Positions 39,481 to 53,213 of a DNA stretch of 64,000 nucleotides are shown here, one piece after another. Below the pieces are notes generated by a model. That model worked only from the letters and a program-made list of their open reading frames with translations. It was not told the DNA's origin and made no database searches. How positions within the stretch are numbered: position 1 is the stretch's first letter; each line of letters begins with the position of its first letter. The stretch comes from Podarcis melisellensis (lineage: Eukaryota): NCBI GenBank assembly GCA_964234715.1, contig OZ174278.1. One strand, 5' to 3'. A program made the translations under genes and the position numbers.

Positions 39481-40371
39481 TGTGGATTTTTCACTGAATT
39501 TAGGACAACAGACTGTATGGATCTGTACCCCCCCCCATCTTCATTTGTTTGTTTGCTGTTATATTTTGGGACACTATATTTATAGTTTAGTGTAGCAAAG
39601 ATAAATTACATGCTTCGTTTGTGTAAGTTTTCTGAGCTGATCAACAGCATGTGAGCTCCTTCTGTCTAAGAGGGAAATGGTGGGGGAAGGAATCAAATAA
39701 TACCAGCAGCTGCTGACTCTGCATTTTACTCTTGCTGAAAACACAGCATTGGTGACACTGACCTCAGTGTTACTTTGCAAATTGGCAAGAGCAACCATCA
39801 GGCACAGTTTCCCTCTCCAGAGATGTAATGTCTGGGCTCCACTGGCATACTCATTCACTGTCACTGAATAGTAAGAGCTTATATTTACTTCCTCATCTCA
39901 AGCATCCTGCATGTGTTGTGTTGCTACTAAACTACTGGGCTGCTTGCCCAAATATTTCTAGCTGCAGTGATGATATATAAACAGATGTGTACCTTACTGG
40001 GTAACAAATGTTTCAGTTGCAGAAAGTAAATAAAACACATTGCATTTAAATTCAGCTCATTTAAATAATATATTACTCTTTATGTGGCTCTTATATTAAT
40101 TTTCCCCTCTAACAATGATATTGAATATTAAATGGGTAAATAGGCAAACTGGAAATGGGCTAAATAAATTGTGTGCTGTTGTGGACTGGACAGATTAGTG
40201 AGAAGAAGTAGCAATGTTATTATTATTATTAACTGATATTAATTTCATTTATAAATTGCCTCCTATGAGGCATCCCAAAGTGATTTACAGCATATATAAA
40301 CAATTATGCCATTATACCATTATTGTTTAAATAATTATACAATTATGTTTATAGAAACAGTTTTTTAAAAA

Positions 40372-40375
<4 letters not shown>

Positions 40376-40405
<30 letters not shown>
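40376..40405. repeat. (CA)n microsatellite
   Basis: Directly visible. Confidence 0.97.
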
Positions 40406-40407
<2 letters not shown>

Positions 40408-40554
40408 GTAAGCAGGGGAGCCATTTGCTTTTAGATGCATGATTATATCAAAGCAGACCTTGAACAGTGGTATGCTTGAGCATACAGCAAGTCACATTCT
40501 ATTGATTGGAGTATGGTGGGATAAATGTGTGGCTTCTGCCCCTAATGGAAGCTG

Positions 40555-40810
40555 ATTGTTCAGGGATGTGCCGGCAAGGCTGGTCGATTCTTTAGCTGTT
40601 GTTTACTGGGGAGGACGATATCAATTTTCCAGAGGGATGATTGGTGGGATGTCAAGGCTGCTGTCACCCTTTTCTCCTCATCACTGACAGACAGCTGAGT
40701 GACAATTACGGTGATGGGACATTGTCTGCATGGGCATATACACCAGAGGATAACTGGCAAACACAAAAAGGCAGTAGTGCTTTAAAAAAGATATAATCAG
40801 CAGTTGTCAA
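40555..40810. promoter_or_regulatory. Candidate conserved non-coding element (TALE motif cluster)
   Basis: TGATTGG at 40638, CTGTCA at 40661, TGACAGACAGCTG at 40685-40697, TGACAA at 40700, and retained CpGs. Confidence 0.35.
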
Positions 40811-43354
40811 GACTAGTTACATATATGATGTCTGAATAACAAGACCAGAGTTTCCTGCCCTAGAACAACTGAGATGTGCAAACATGGCACCATGTGTGCT
40901 CCATCTTGTTTAGAAATTAGCCTTAAGAAACATACTGGCTTGAAAAACTTGGGAAGAATGGCTAATATGTGTTGTTTTTTACCCTTTTAATGAAACCAAA
41001 ACTCAGGCATAGTAATTTCATGGCATACAACAAAGTTGTCAATGCTGCATTGTTCTAAAGCTTGGAATATTTATTTGAAATGTTTATGTTCAGTGCACGT
41101 AACAAAATGGAAAGAAGGGAAACAGCTAATACTAAGACACTATCATATTAAGATAATTTAAAATCCCATATCCTCAATCAAATGAACTTTAAACTTCTGT
41201 TAGCCATCCTGAACAGTTACAATACTTTTAAAAAGGTGCTTATATGTGAGCTGAGATGTAAGTCTCTATTAGAAGGAGCCTCCGTTAAAGGGAACTGGAG
41301 ACTCTAAATATGCCATACTATATAGCTGCTTTTATTACTGCTTTAAACTTCCATTTCTGATGGCTTTAAAAATACGGTCTTATTGTTAACATTTTTCCAA
41401 AAGCAAAATGTGTATGCATCTTTGAGCTTTGGTGTTAATACAGAAAAAAATAGTATACATTTTATAGAAAGAAAAACAAGTTATCAGCACAGCCCCTATT
41501 AATGTCATTCCAGAAGTAAGTCCTCTTGAGCTCATTGGGGATTACTTCCGGGTAGTAATTTATGCAACTCTGTGAATGGAGCCTCCGTCAGTTGAAGTCA
41601 GACTTGTGGAATGCTAATACCGTATTGATATCAGTGGGAAACAGATGTAGTTCTAGGCCCCCCACCCAAAATTAAAATTCTGAAAACTCTCACTCTCTCT
41701 CTCTAACACATACACATCCTAAAGATGCAACCAGTCCACTGAAAAATAATCTTTCAGAAAATGGTTCATTGGGAACAATTCTCTGCTGTGGTAGTGATAA
41801 CAAAGTTGGCTATCTCTCACCTACAAGGCATCAAAGAATTCCATCACTTCCCAATTCCTTTTCTATTCTTGAAAATTCCATTTTGTTTTCCTGTATCACT
41901 ACTTCACCTGGGAATTCTTTCCTTGGCAGCATTTTTAAATGTTTCATGATTTAGGGGAAATACTTTCAATCTGCATTTTCAAGTTAGTATTACTTTGCAA
42001 CCATGGCACTCAAGGTGGTCAGAAGCATACCAATATGGGTAATTAACACTGAAGGTTATTTCTGATGGTCTCATGAAAATGCCAAACAAAAGTGATTATT
42101 AATTTCCTCTTTTAAGCTACAAGCTAATTGATTTTATGCTGTGCTAATTAAAAATAGATGTCTTTCCTTTCAGAGGACTGTGTCAGAAATCTAAGGCCAG
42201 GGCACAGCTCCTTAGGGACCTGACCATCAATTGACCAATCCTTCAGAAGTGAAAGAGTGGCCATCATACATATCAGCTGTATGGAAGTAAATTTACTCTT
42301 GTCCTGGCAGACAAACATTTGCAAGGCAAATAATAAATTATCCATTAATCAGAGGAGTAGCTGTGTTTGATGAACTCTGAATTGAGTAGAGAGATTGAGT
42401 AGCAGGACAAAATGAACTGACAAAGTGGATTTGAGCCAGGGATAATGGCTGTTAGGAATTTGCAGGTTTTTATAATATGTCTTCATAGTTTTCAAACATT
42501 TGGAGTGATGCTGGTCTGCAAACTGTTAATTATTTATAGAATATAATCACTACCTTTAAATGTAATCTAGAGGTTCACATTTATAAAAATACTGATTCTG
42601 GTGCCTTATAAAAATATTAAGTGTATTTTCTGTCTTAAATGTTAATAATTATTTGCATTATGAGTTGCAGAAATTTCATTAGAACACTTTAATATTAGAA
42701 CATATATTATTGATTTCCAGATCCATCCACTATAATAATTTTTGCCAACCTTATATGATTTTTAGGTAAGAAAAAAAGCATATTTAATTAAGAGTTTAAT
42801 AGAGCAATTCTAATTTCTGATCTATGTTGTAGAGGATTTCATCAGGCTTCTGCTAGTGGGGGTGGACACTGTTCCGCCCAAAAGCAGTCAGAAACTAGTG
42901 CTTGCTGTATTCCCACCGTGGTAACCAGTGTAAGCCCTTGAAATGGGGCATTTCAGGGAAGCGGGCAGGGAGGTGGAACAAAGCCTGCTCCATATCTCTG
43001 CTGCATCAGCCTGCAGCTGGTGTGGCAATTACGATCAAAATTACTGCCCCCCCCCATCTTCTGCCCTAGTCATCATGAGCATCATAGCTTCTGAGGTGGC
43101 ACTTATTCACCCGTGAAATAAACAAGTAAAAAGGATCAAATTGTAATGGGCTGGTTGGATGAAGAGCAGTGGTGTATAAGGAAGCTAAGGAAGCCCAAGG
43201 GAACCCCCAGGGAAGAAGTCTCAGAGCCAAGGGATTGGTGTTGGTAGTGGTACTACGATAAGTGGTCACAGGGAGAATATTGAGCAGACTGGGAGGAGAA
43301 GGTGTTGGAAGATGAAGAGATAACAGGGTTTAGTGAGCAGGAAAAGGCTGTGGC

Positions 43355-43893
43355 AGAAAGCAGTCCAGACACAAGACATGCACAACCCAAGCACTGCGAT
43401 ACTCTATAAGAACAAAGGCGACCACCATGATTGTAACAACTATCATAGAATCACCCTGCTGAGTACTGTGGGGAAAGCCTTTGCCTATGTAGTACTCAGC
43501 AGATTACAGTTACATGCTGACAGGGTCTATCCTGAGTCACAATGTGGCTTTAGTGCTCTGAGGTCAGCATTATTTTTTCACTACTCCAGCTGCAGGAGAA
43601 AGGCCAAGAGCAGAGACATGTACATCACCTTCATAGACGTAATGAAGGCCTGTTCACATTGCTCAGCGAGATAGGATGCTCACCTAAGCTCCACAAGATG
43701 ATTGTGGAGTGAACACTGGGAGAAGCACAGAGAAAAGAAGTCCCATAATGCCTTCATGTGCCCCACCTACAATAAAACATGTCTCTCTTGTATCAGTCTC
43801 TAAAGCTCCAGCAGGCACTGTAACTCTCCAGTGGTTTGACTTTACCCCCAAAGACGCATTCTTTCATTGCCTCCCATGACAGATGGATGCCAG
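43355..43893 (+). mobile_element. RTE-clade LINE fragment, internally deleted
   Basis: Peptide QDM...LYKNKGDHHDCNNYHRITLLSTVGKAFAYVVLSRLQLHADRVYPESQCGF (RTE RT N-part) is joined at ~43710 to 3'-end sequence homologous to 39065-39240. Confidence 0.88.
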
Positions 43894-46800
43894 CTGATAC
43901 ATCAGGGATAGAGACTCTCTCCCAATTCACTGAGGGCCAAAATTCCTTAGGGGGTAGTGTTTGGGAACTGCATGCCCAAAGCAGGTTGGAAGAACACTCA
44001 AAGTAGCAGTGACCAAAACACACACTGAGTTCTCTTTCCCACACACAATACACTGCTGCCGTAGAGTTTCATGGGAATGTGTATGGAACTCTGGCTTTTA
44101 GATAGGTGAGTTCTTGAATAATGACGAGATTCCTTAAGTTTCATATTGCTTTGTCCGAATCCTAGAAAGCATGGCCTTGCTCAAAGCTATCTGCAAGTTT
44201 CACATGTGTGTCTCCAGGCAGCTGTGTTGATCATTGGTAACCTGTATATTTCTGCATTCATTCTTAGCTGTTTGTTTCAAAGCCTGTTTGTTGCTTTCCT
44301 TCTATATTTGTGATTTCCTCAGTGATATATGAAAGCAGTATGCTTGTTAACAATCTTTTGAATTACTAGCATGGAACAGTGAGCACCACTTGCCAATCAG
44401 CGTTAGTGATTTATAATCATGCAACTACAGATGGGTAGAGGGAGAAGATTCATCTACTGACTACTGATACCACTAAGACATTGAGGCCTATTGGTGTCAT
44501 TTTCTCACTGTGGTGCCTAGTGAGAAACTGGGTAATGTCTCAGTTTTCCTGAACCTCCTTAATCAATGTAGCTTTACCTACTCCTAATGCTTGCTATAAC
44601 TTCTTGTCAGTTGGTTACAGGACTCTCTTGTTATACTTAATTTAACATAATGTGCCATATTCACAGAAAATCTTCTGCAAGATGCTTTTTAATTTGGCAA
44701 TAGAACATCTGAGATCTTATATGCCCACTAAGATAGTGGGAATCTGCACTGTCCTGAACTAAACTAAACAACACCATAACACATTCTTATCAAATGCAAC
44801 AAATGTTAATGTTTAGAATATATGAATAGGTTCAGGCATAACAAATACTTGTAATTAAGTTTTTTTTCTTGATCCTTGCAGCTTCACCCTTTAAGCATAC
44901 TATAATCCTCCCATGGACCTAAGCACCTCTGCTTACAGCCATGCTCATCTCCCCAGTTTTGTACAGTAATCATTGAAAGTGAGTTCACGTCAGCAGGTTC
45001 CCAAGTGACTCTCAACCTGTCTGTTAGACTGACATGGCAAGATAAAGATTTGTGATAACAGATTGACTCAAGTAAATAATTATTTGATAACCAAGGATCA
45101 CCATATGAGAAAAGTATTATTACATCATGTGTTAACATGACAGTATGCAGTTAAACTCTGACTAATGGTTTGTAATGAACTGCTAAGGCAAATGCTCATA
45201 TGATTATACAAACCAAACCCAATACCTGCAAGAAGTGGCCACTTGTTTGCGTACATCTCCTGGGACCCATCCAAATACTAGTGCAACAGTAGCCACCAGG
45301 CCTGTGCAGAGCTTGTATGAGAGACCCAGGACAGGAGTCTTGTTAGAATAAAGTTACAAACTCAAACAAAAAAGCAGCCAGGCACTGGCGGGTCCTCTTG
45401 GCCAGCTTACCTCTCTGAGGCTCAAGGCAAGCGTACTTGGTTGCCCCCACCTTCTGCAGAAAGAAGGGTATATAAGCCCTTTTACTCTCATGGTGATATT
45501 GGAGGTCCAATGGACCTTACAGTCTTTTTTGCTAATTCTTCTTTTAAATTCAATTAAAAGAAAATAATAATTAAATGCAATTTAAGTAAAATGCAATTTA
45601 ATAAAAAATAATTAAATGCAATTTCAGATTGGATTGTGTGGACACACGTATATGTGCAGGAGTCTAGCCACCACTGCCTGTTTGTCATGACAGGAGCTTT
45701 TCACAGTGGATAAAAGAGAGAACAGCAAAGATCACAAGGAAACATACATATAATTGCACTGTGTCTAAAGCACATTTTCAACTTTTAAAATATGTCTCTA
45801 TTAATAATGTTTTACATTTATCAAGAGTGAAGATATATGATGGTAGCTTAGAATTAGTGATTTAAATGCAGTTGTATTTGTAAAGCTGTATCAGGGTGTG
45901 AGTGTAAGTAAGAGAGACAGAGAGCTTGTTTCAATGGAGTTCTGTAGATTTTCTGTTCCATTCTGAAGCTTTCTATTTGGAAGAATCCATAAACTTCAGA
46001 AATGGCTTATAGAAAAGCAATGCTGAAGAATAAAAATCTTTATAAATCATGTATATTGTCTCTTTTTAGTCATATGTATTCTTGATCTTGATCCATGCTG
46101 GTTTAAAATTGTTTGAATCAACTAAGTCCATAAATATTCTTCATATGGAGTCATTGTAAAGAATGACTAATCAGTTATGAAAAAATAAACTAGACTCTTT
46201 TTTTCTAATCTGTTTTCTACAGTTGCATAGAAGAAGGGGTGGAGACTGGCATTTGCAGTTTCAAACTGATCAAAGCAAACATTATTATTCGTTCAGTTCT
46301 GAATTTGCCAAATGTTCCATGAAGCCTTGAGGCAATTAAGTGGAATAACAAGGTCTAACTGAATCTGAAATTATTCTTCCACAAATTGCTACAGGTTTTC
46401 TTCAGACTAATTAGTGTGATAGTTCAAGGCATTCACAGGCAGATATTGAACAACGTATGTCATTTATTAGGTTTCATAATATTTATTTAACTTTTTAACC
46501 TGCCCAATTCTGGAACTCAGAATTGGGTTATACACACACACGCACACCAAATCTTAATCTCAGTCACCAAAATCAAACTCAAATAAATTATTGCTTCTGG
46601 AAAATTTTGGAGCACAGGCCATGGCATTGTTTTCAGAACTGATTCCCTTGTATACTTATGAAAGATATTTAATTGGGATGAAAAATCTAATAGGTTTTGC
46701 AGTAAAGATTCATGGTGAGGGCACTTGAGTTTCCTGAACATGGATGTTTCTTGATATATTCATGTAACACTTTCATTTGGATATAATGCTACACTAATGG

Positions 46801-48239
46801 ATAAAAAAAATATTCTGATGGAATTGGGATTTAATTGGGAGGTGCATGAATGTAATTTTCTTGTTTGATAGCTGTCGGGTTGGAAAGTTTCTGCATTCTC
46901 AGTCCAAATTACAACACATCTGCTTTCAGCAAAAGAAAATTGCATCAAGAGACACATTCACCTATCTCCCATAGTCATGGGACTTCTTCAGTACATGCCT
47001 AAGCCAAACTAGCTTCCCAAGTTTGTTATTTATGCCCTGGGAAAGGCATTTATTGAGAGAAGAGGAGCTAAGAACAGAGACAAAACCTTTCTTACTGGTG
47101 ACTGTAGAGCTCTGTTATTGGCTCCCATCATGCACATTTATTTATTTAGCTACACAGTTGGACATTAGTCTGATTGGAGGCACCAGCTTTCCCTGCTGCC
47201 CTCAGTACACCTGCTCTCCAACCTGGTGCAGCTCTGCTCAACCATACAATTGCTTCCCCATACATACTGTACTGAAGTACAGCTTACAAAGGTCTAGAGT
47301 TGTATCCTAGCAAATGTATCTGCCTTTTTATTTGCTCTTAATGTTGACAAGTTTGGCATACATAGTTCTGTTTAATCTACACAGAACTCTTCAGATAGGA
47401 AGTGATCATTTTTCCCAGTAGCATTGTTGCTAGGACGTTTGGTGTTCTGTGCAGTGTTTGCTAGTAAGCTATCTTTTTAAGTAAAGCTGATCTTCGAGTT
47501 AATTTCATCATAATCCTTTCTTAATTGGTTTTCCTTATGGGTGGATCTGAATAACTTTATTTGGAAACAAAGGAAATTCACGTTACTGGAAATGGTATGT
47601 GAGCCACTTCAGTGAACACTTCATTCAGAAACTGTGGATGTAGCCATTGTTGTGGTTCCTCACAGCCTAATAATTGCCCTACCAATACAGAGAGTGGTGT
47701 CAGAGTCATAAAGAGCTGACATAACTGATTTACCTGTTCTGTTCCCATATTTAAATGTTCCCATGATTGTTTGAGAAAGCTACGTGGAATTTTTTATAAG
47801 CTTCTGTGATAATGTATGAATTGAATTTAGGTTTTACAAGTATAACCTATAATAAAACCTTAGAAAGTTGAGTGCTCAATATTCCTCTTCTAGGATACTT
47901 CATTATACCCCACCCACACCTGTTTTCTCTCTCTCATGCAAACAGCCAATGTGCATTCAGTATTCTGTGACTACTGACCATATTTGGTCCTCATTAGGTT
48001 GGTTCTGGATTTTTGGATAGGGATAGAAACTTGCATGAAACTTCATGCAAGTTTCTAAATTAAAGACATATCAGAAGAGCTTAACCAGTACAGTAATTCT
48101 AGAAGTACCTCTCTTGTTCAACCATTCCTATAACAATAATTTCAGTAGTAATTTTGCTTTAATTTCCTTTTCATCTCAAACCTATTAAATAATTCTAAAT
48201 TATACTAAGACTCCAGGATTGTTAAAAAAATTGTAATAA

Positions 48240-48600
48240 GCCTCAGAGATTGTTTAACTTTTCTATATAAGTTCAGCTCAAATTTTTTTACATAGTTTCC
48301 ATTATTTCTTCTATTACCTTAGAAGTGCATAATTGGATTTTATCTCTAAAAGAAAGACACAATCGCACTAACCTTTTAAAAAGGCCCCCAGTTCGTCCAT
48401 TAAGAATTGCTATTGCTTCACAATGAAAATACCTCCTGGTACCACCTATTAAAGAGTGGTTTGACAAAATGTGGGAATTGCTTATAATCTTGTCTGTAAT
48501 CTATGCATGAGTGATTTATTTCTGGAATTTTTACAGATGATTTCTTGGAAAAATGGTTCCAGTTTATGATAAATGTTGACTCTTAAAATAGGATGTATGG
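48240..48600 (+). mobile_element. Degraded L1-clade ORF2 C-terminal fragment
   Basis: Translation from ~48400, LRIAIASQ*KYLLVPPIKEWFDKMWEL, resembles the I(A)xxWKxxxxPxxxEW motif of non-mammalian L1 ORF2 ends. Boundaries approximate. Confidence 0.55.
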
Positions 48601-48809
48601 AAGCCCTACTAGAGTTGATCTTATATTCTTATTGACTTATTGATACTAAAAGCTTTAAAAAAAATAGAATTAAAAAGATTGGGAGCTGACACAATTTTAT
48701 AGCATGTTTTACGCTGCAAATTACATGAATTTTCAATGAATTAAATATCTGGTCAGTGAAAGTGAAAACTGGTGGTTATATTTCCAGTGAGTCATTGAGG
48801 AGTGTATGA

Positions 48810-49627
48810 GGTGTTAAGGGAAGGGCAGTACCTAAGGTGGCGGGACGGACAGACATTGTGCTAATTCTGGGATAGTTTGTCCACCTTTGATCCCCACCCT
48901 GCACTCAGCTATCACCTGTGACTCCTAGAAGCTGTCAGCATGTGACAGTGGCCACACCCCAAGAAATGGCTTCGACTGGTCTGCTGAATCAGGTGAGGGT
49001 AGCTGATGGGTCTTAAACCCTTGGTGAGTTAGGGAATTACACTGCATGCAAAGCAGGCTCTGGCAGAATGAGTGGATGAGACCAATAGAGAATCCAATGG
49101 TCAAAAAGGCAGTTTCTGCACGTACTATGTAAAGAGGTGAGGGGCAGATGGGGCCGTGAACATAACAACAACAACAACAACAACAACAACACCCCAACTG
49201 ACTGGGTTGCCCTAGCCACTCTAGGCAGCTTCCAACATATATAAAAACACAATAAAACATTAAACCTTAAAAAACTTCCCAAGCCTCTGCTGCCCTGAGG
49301 GATATCTTCAGGAGAAGAAAATGCTAAGGAGTAAACCCTACACAAATTTGGAGTGGAATCTCTAAGGTAGTTGGATTGCCTCTTATACACCTCCTTCCAG
49401 CCACTCCTGCAACCAAGCTGGTGCCAAATGTATTGCCCTCTTTCCTTTGGACCATATCAGTATTGCCAAGAAGGGGGTGTATTAATCGTCTGGGCAGCTC
49501 AGGAGCTCCATAAACCCTGCCCAGGCTTGCACACTGTAGTCACTTCAGTGCAGCTAACACATCATTTTTACATCTCCCCTGGAGGCACATTTCATTGTCT
49601 CTTGAGACAGACAGATGCCAACAACAA
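48810..49627 (+). mobile_element. Putative non-autonomous RTE-derived retroelement (non-coding body plus RTE 3' tail)
   Basis: GC-elevated non-coding body ending in ttcattgtctcttgagacagacagatgccaacaacaa, the same terminus as the two RTE fragments. The 5' boundary is approximate. Confidence 0.6.
49164..49280 (-). mobile_element. L2 3' terminus with (TTG)n tail, nested in the element above
   Basis: The reverse complement gggaagtttttt...ggaagctgcctagagtggctagggcaacccagtcag aligns by eye to 63117-63205. Confidence 0.8.
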
Positions 49628-51159
49628 TAGATAAATTGAATGTGGGTTAATGTATTGAAAAATATTCAAATAAAGAAGTTGAATAAAATAATTGATTTTC
49701 CTATCACAGAGCATCTATGTCCCAGTAACTGAATTGAAAATATTTCTGTACATAGAATGGGTTGTTATATACAGCTCTTTTATAGATAGATGACACATTG
49801 ACTACCTCATAGTTCCTTCCTTCCTTCCTTCTGCCACTCATGAACTGTTTAATCTGCTATGTCAACAAAGAAGTGTGTAGGATTAAGGGCAAGAACTACC
49901 ATACTAGGTCAGTGTTACACCAGCTAGTGAAGCTGTTGAATCAATGTGACTATTTGACAAAGAGAGTGTTGCCAGAGGCAGCAGATAAGGAGCATGTAAA
50001 AGCTATTTTGTGGCCTGGCAGTGGACAAAGAAGATATGTGCTAAGATTGGGAAAGAATGAGGAGAGAAGGTAACTCATGTTTGCATAAACCCATGCACTT
50101 CCTTTCTGTATATAACACAAAGGCACTGAACTTGGTTCAGTGGAACTGGATTGTAGCTCACAGAAATTTACCTGTGGCACAGGCCACAACATAAGACAAT
50201 CATAGGTCCATTGCAGATGAAATGTTTAAATGTATAAAACATCTATACTTGAAAAGTAAGTTGAGAAATACCTACACTTGAAACTTTGGGGAACTGATGT
50301 GCAGCATGGGTTAATGAATTGATAAAATAGAAGTCAGCTCCTTGTAATTAAATCATCTTACTTGCTTTTAATTATCACAGTTTTCATATTAGTGGTGGCC
50401 AAAGTGTATTGAAGTTGAGCATATATTTAGGGATGGATGGACTGCATTTTTTAAATAGCCACTGACAGTATTTTAAATGTAATAATCCTTTTGAAAAATT
50501 AAGTTAAATCCAAAATTACAAGAGCAATTTTGTGGCAGGACAATTGAAGACAGTTGCATGGTCCTTGTCTGGGCCACTTCCAAGTCTGGAAATGCTTTTT
50601 TAGAAAAGTGATCAGTTACTTGCATTCCTGGGCAAGACAAGCCACTAATTTCTATAATTATACATTATGCATACTACATTATTATGTCTTTCTTCTCTTG
50701 GAGGAGAGCTCTGAATGAAGTAGTATTTCATGATTAAAACTTTGCCTTGAAGTACCAAAATTAATTGATCCCTCCAGAGTGTCAATAAGAAAGAAACATG
50801 CATGTGATGTATAATTCTTCCCTATCCAAAATATGTTTGTGTGCTCGTCATCTCATATTTCAAAGTAACTACTTCAAATTGCAGCTCCTCCTTTCTTTGG
50901 CAATCTGGATCTGCTACATACCATTTGCTGTCGTCTACCAAGAAATCTTAACAGTGATAGAAGTTACGTGTTAGAAATGATCCTAGTATAGACTGAATGG
51001 AAGAGAAATTTATATTATTGGTAGTATAATAGCCATGACAGGTTGCTAGGCCTGGGATGAGGATTAGTTATCAGTAGTGGCAAGAAGAGAAGAGAAGGGC
51101 CTATAATGATTTCCTGGGCGTATTAAAAGATAGGCAGGCACTGAGCTACTTATCGAGTA

Positions 51160-51384
51160 CAGTGGTACCTCTGGTTACCAACTTAATTCGTCCAGAGGTC
51201 CATTCTTAAGCTGAAAGCCTTCTTATCCTGAGGCGCGCTTTCACTAATGAGGTATCCTGCTGCGTGCACGCCTCCAGTGTGCAACTTCCGTTTGCATCCT
51301 GGGGCACACTTTGCAACCAGGAGCAGCTACTTCCGGGTTAGCAGAGCTCGTAACCAGAAGCATTTGTAACCAAAGGTACCACTG
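51160..51384. mobile_element. TcMar Tigger/pogo-like MITE, same family as 31436-31676, opposite orientation
   Basis: TIRs cagtggtacctctggttac / gtaaccaaaggtaccactg, TA flanks. Internal gcaacttccgtttgcatcctggggca approximates the reverse complement of ~31529-31554. Confidence 0.9.
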
Positions 51385-52844
51385 TATAAGATTTAAAGAA
51401 TTTCAGAAACTTTGAAAACTTTGAAAATAAGACCAGAAAATAAGAGACCAGAAACACAAACCCAGAAACTGCCTCTGTATATAAACAGTGATACGCATAA
51501 CATTATAAAATTACACATAATCCTGAAAAAGGACATCCATAATCTTTTACTTTAATATTCCAGTACATTCTAAATATACTTTTTAAAAATAGAGTGTCTA
51601 TTTACTTACTTACTTACCTTACTTCTCTGAATCTTTCCAAATTTATTAGTTTTATCACAGATACGGCTTTAAGCAGCAGTGATTAGAAGCTACCTGAATG
51701 TTTTGTTGTGGTGAAGTAGCTTTGCACATTTTAATATGTTAACGTAACAAGCTGTTGGTTTTCCTAATAAGTCTGCATAAATATGCTTCTTAATTAAATC
51801 TATGATTTACTTTGTGATGCTATACAACTTCTATCCAAACTGCACTAAAACATTAGGTGGTAGAGCAGAGGGAAAGAACAAGATTCTCTGGAGCAACAAT
51901 CCTTGGCAGCTGCAAAAGCATAATATGGATAGGCTTATCTGTGTGAAAGTTGCAGTTGAGATAGACTGTGTTAATGAGATGAAGTTTCTTCACCTGGAGC
52001 TCATCTGTAATTAGATAAGAAATACTGACAGGAGCAGTGAGTAAGTGGCTGCCCTCCAATGACAACTATTGACTGAACACTAGGTTGTGCATAAAATAGT
52101 GATACAGTCGATAAAAGCATCAGGCCTTGTTTGGTATAACCCTGCTGATTACTGTCTAATTTGCTGCTTGGAAAGAAGCCACAAATATTTTTTGCCTTGT
52201 GCTTAGAGTTGATGAGAGCTGATGATTATGTTTAATCTTACATTTACTTGCAAACTCTCTGTGACTGAGAGTAATGCACAGTGCATCATGATGCAAGGAA
52301 ATAGAACCAAACCGTAACATTTCTGTTAGGTCAGTGCTGGGAAAGCGGCTGTGAACATTTCAGTGAAGAACAATTTTTAGACATCTCATTTGGAAAGAGG
52401 CACTTGGTCACAGCTACCTGAAAGGTCAAAACCAGAGTTAGATAAATAGCAGTGCACTGGTGTCATGGGAGCCCACATTCCGCAGGATATTCCAGGCATC
52501 TTCCCTGAAATTTGAGCTTTTGAGGGGGGGGGGGAGAATGAGTTTATATCACTTTTTGCTTATGAACATAACAGTTGAGGAGTGAAAAACATGAAATAGC
52601 ATTGATACTTGAAGATTACAGGGTTTGGGTTCAAAGCCCGGGTTTCCCCACTCCCACTCTTCCCTTGTGACTCACAGAGGCAGTGTCAGACGATGGGGAT
52701 GGCAGTACTGCACTGCAGGAAGCAAGCATAGCATCAGCACACGGCATGGTGGTTGTTGCAACCTAATTCCCCGCCCCCAAAAACACACCCATTCAGTTGA
52801 GTGTGCTGCTTAGAGAAGTGCTGAAAGAGCCTGCTCCAGTAGTA

Positions 52845-53213
52845 AAGGTAAGGTAAAGGACCCCTGAATGGATAAGTCCAGTTGAATTCAACTATGGGGT
52901 GCGGCACTCATCTCCACTTTCAGGCTGAGGAAGCTGCCATTTGTCCACAGGCAGCTTTCTAATGCATGTGGCCAGCATGACTAAACCACTTCTGGAGCAA
53001 TGGAACACCATGACAGAAGTCAGAGTGCACAGAAACACCATTTACCTTTGCGCTGCAGCAGTACCTATTTATCTACTTGCGCTGGTATGCTTTCAAACTG
53101 CTAGGTTGGTAGGAGCTGGAACAAAGCAATGGGCGCTCACCTGGTTGCTCATCCCTTACGATGGGCAAGCCCAAGAGGCTCGGTGGCTTAGACCGCAGTG
53201 CCACCCGCATCCC
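52845..53213 (-). mobile_element. Sauria SINE, older copy
   Basis: aaggtaaggtaaagg tail, gtacctatttatctacttgc body, CpG decay. Imperfect TSD gctccagtagta (52833) / gctacagtagta (53214). Confidence 0.9.

Noticed and set aside
46200-46330. Strong acceptor (ctaat...ttttctacAG) with 30-35 open codons downstream
   Set aside because: No good donor before the stops and no recognisable peptide. Such pseudo-acceptors are common in long introns.
36963-47687. Near-identical 17/18-mer ataattgcc(c)taccaata at ~36963 and ~47670
   Set aside because: A single short AT-rich match with an indel and no flanking similarity. Cannot be distinguished from chance.
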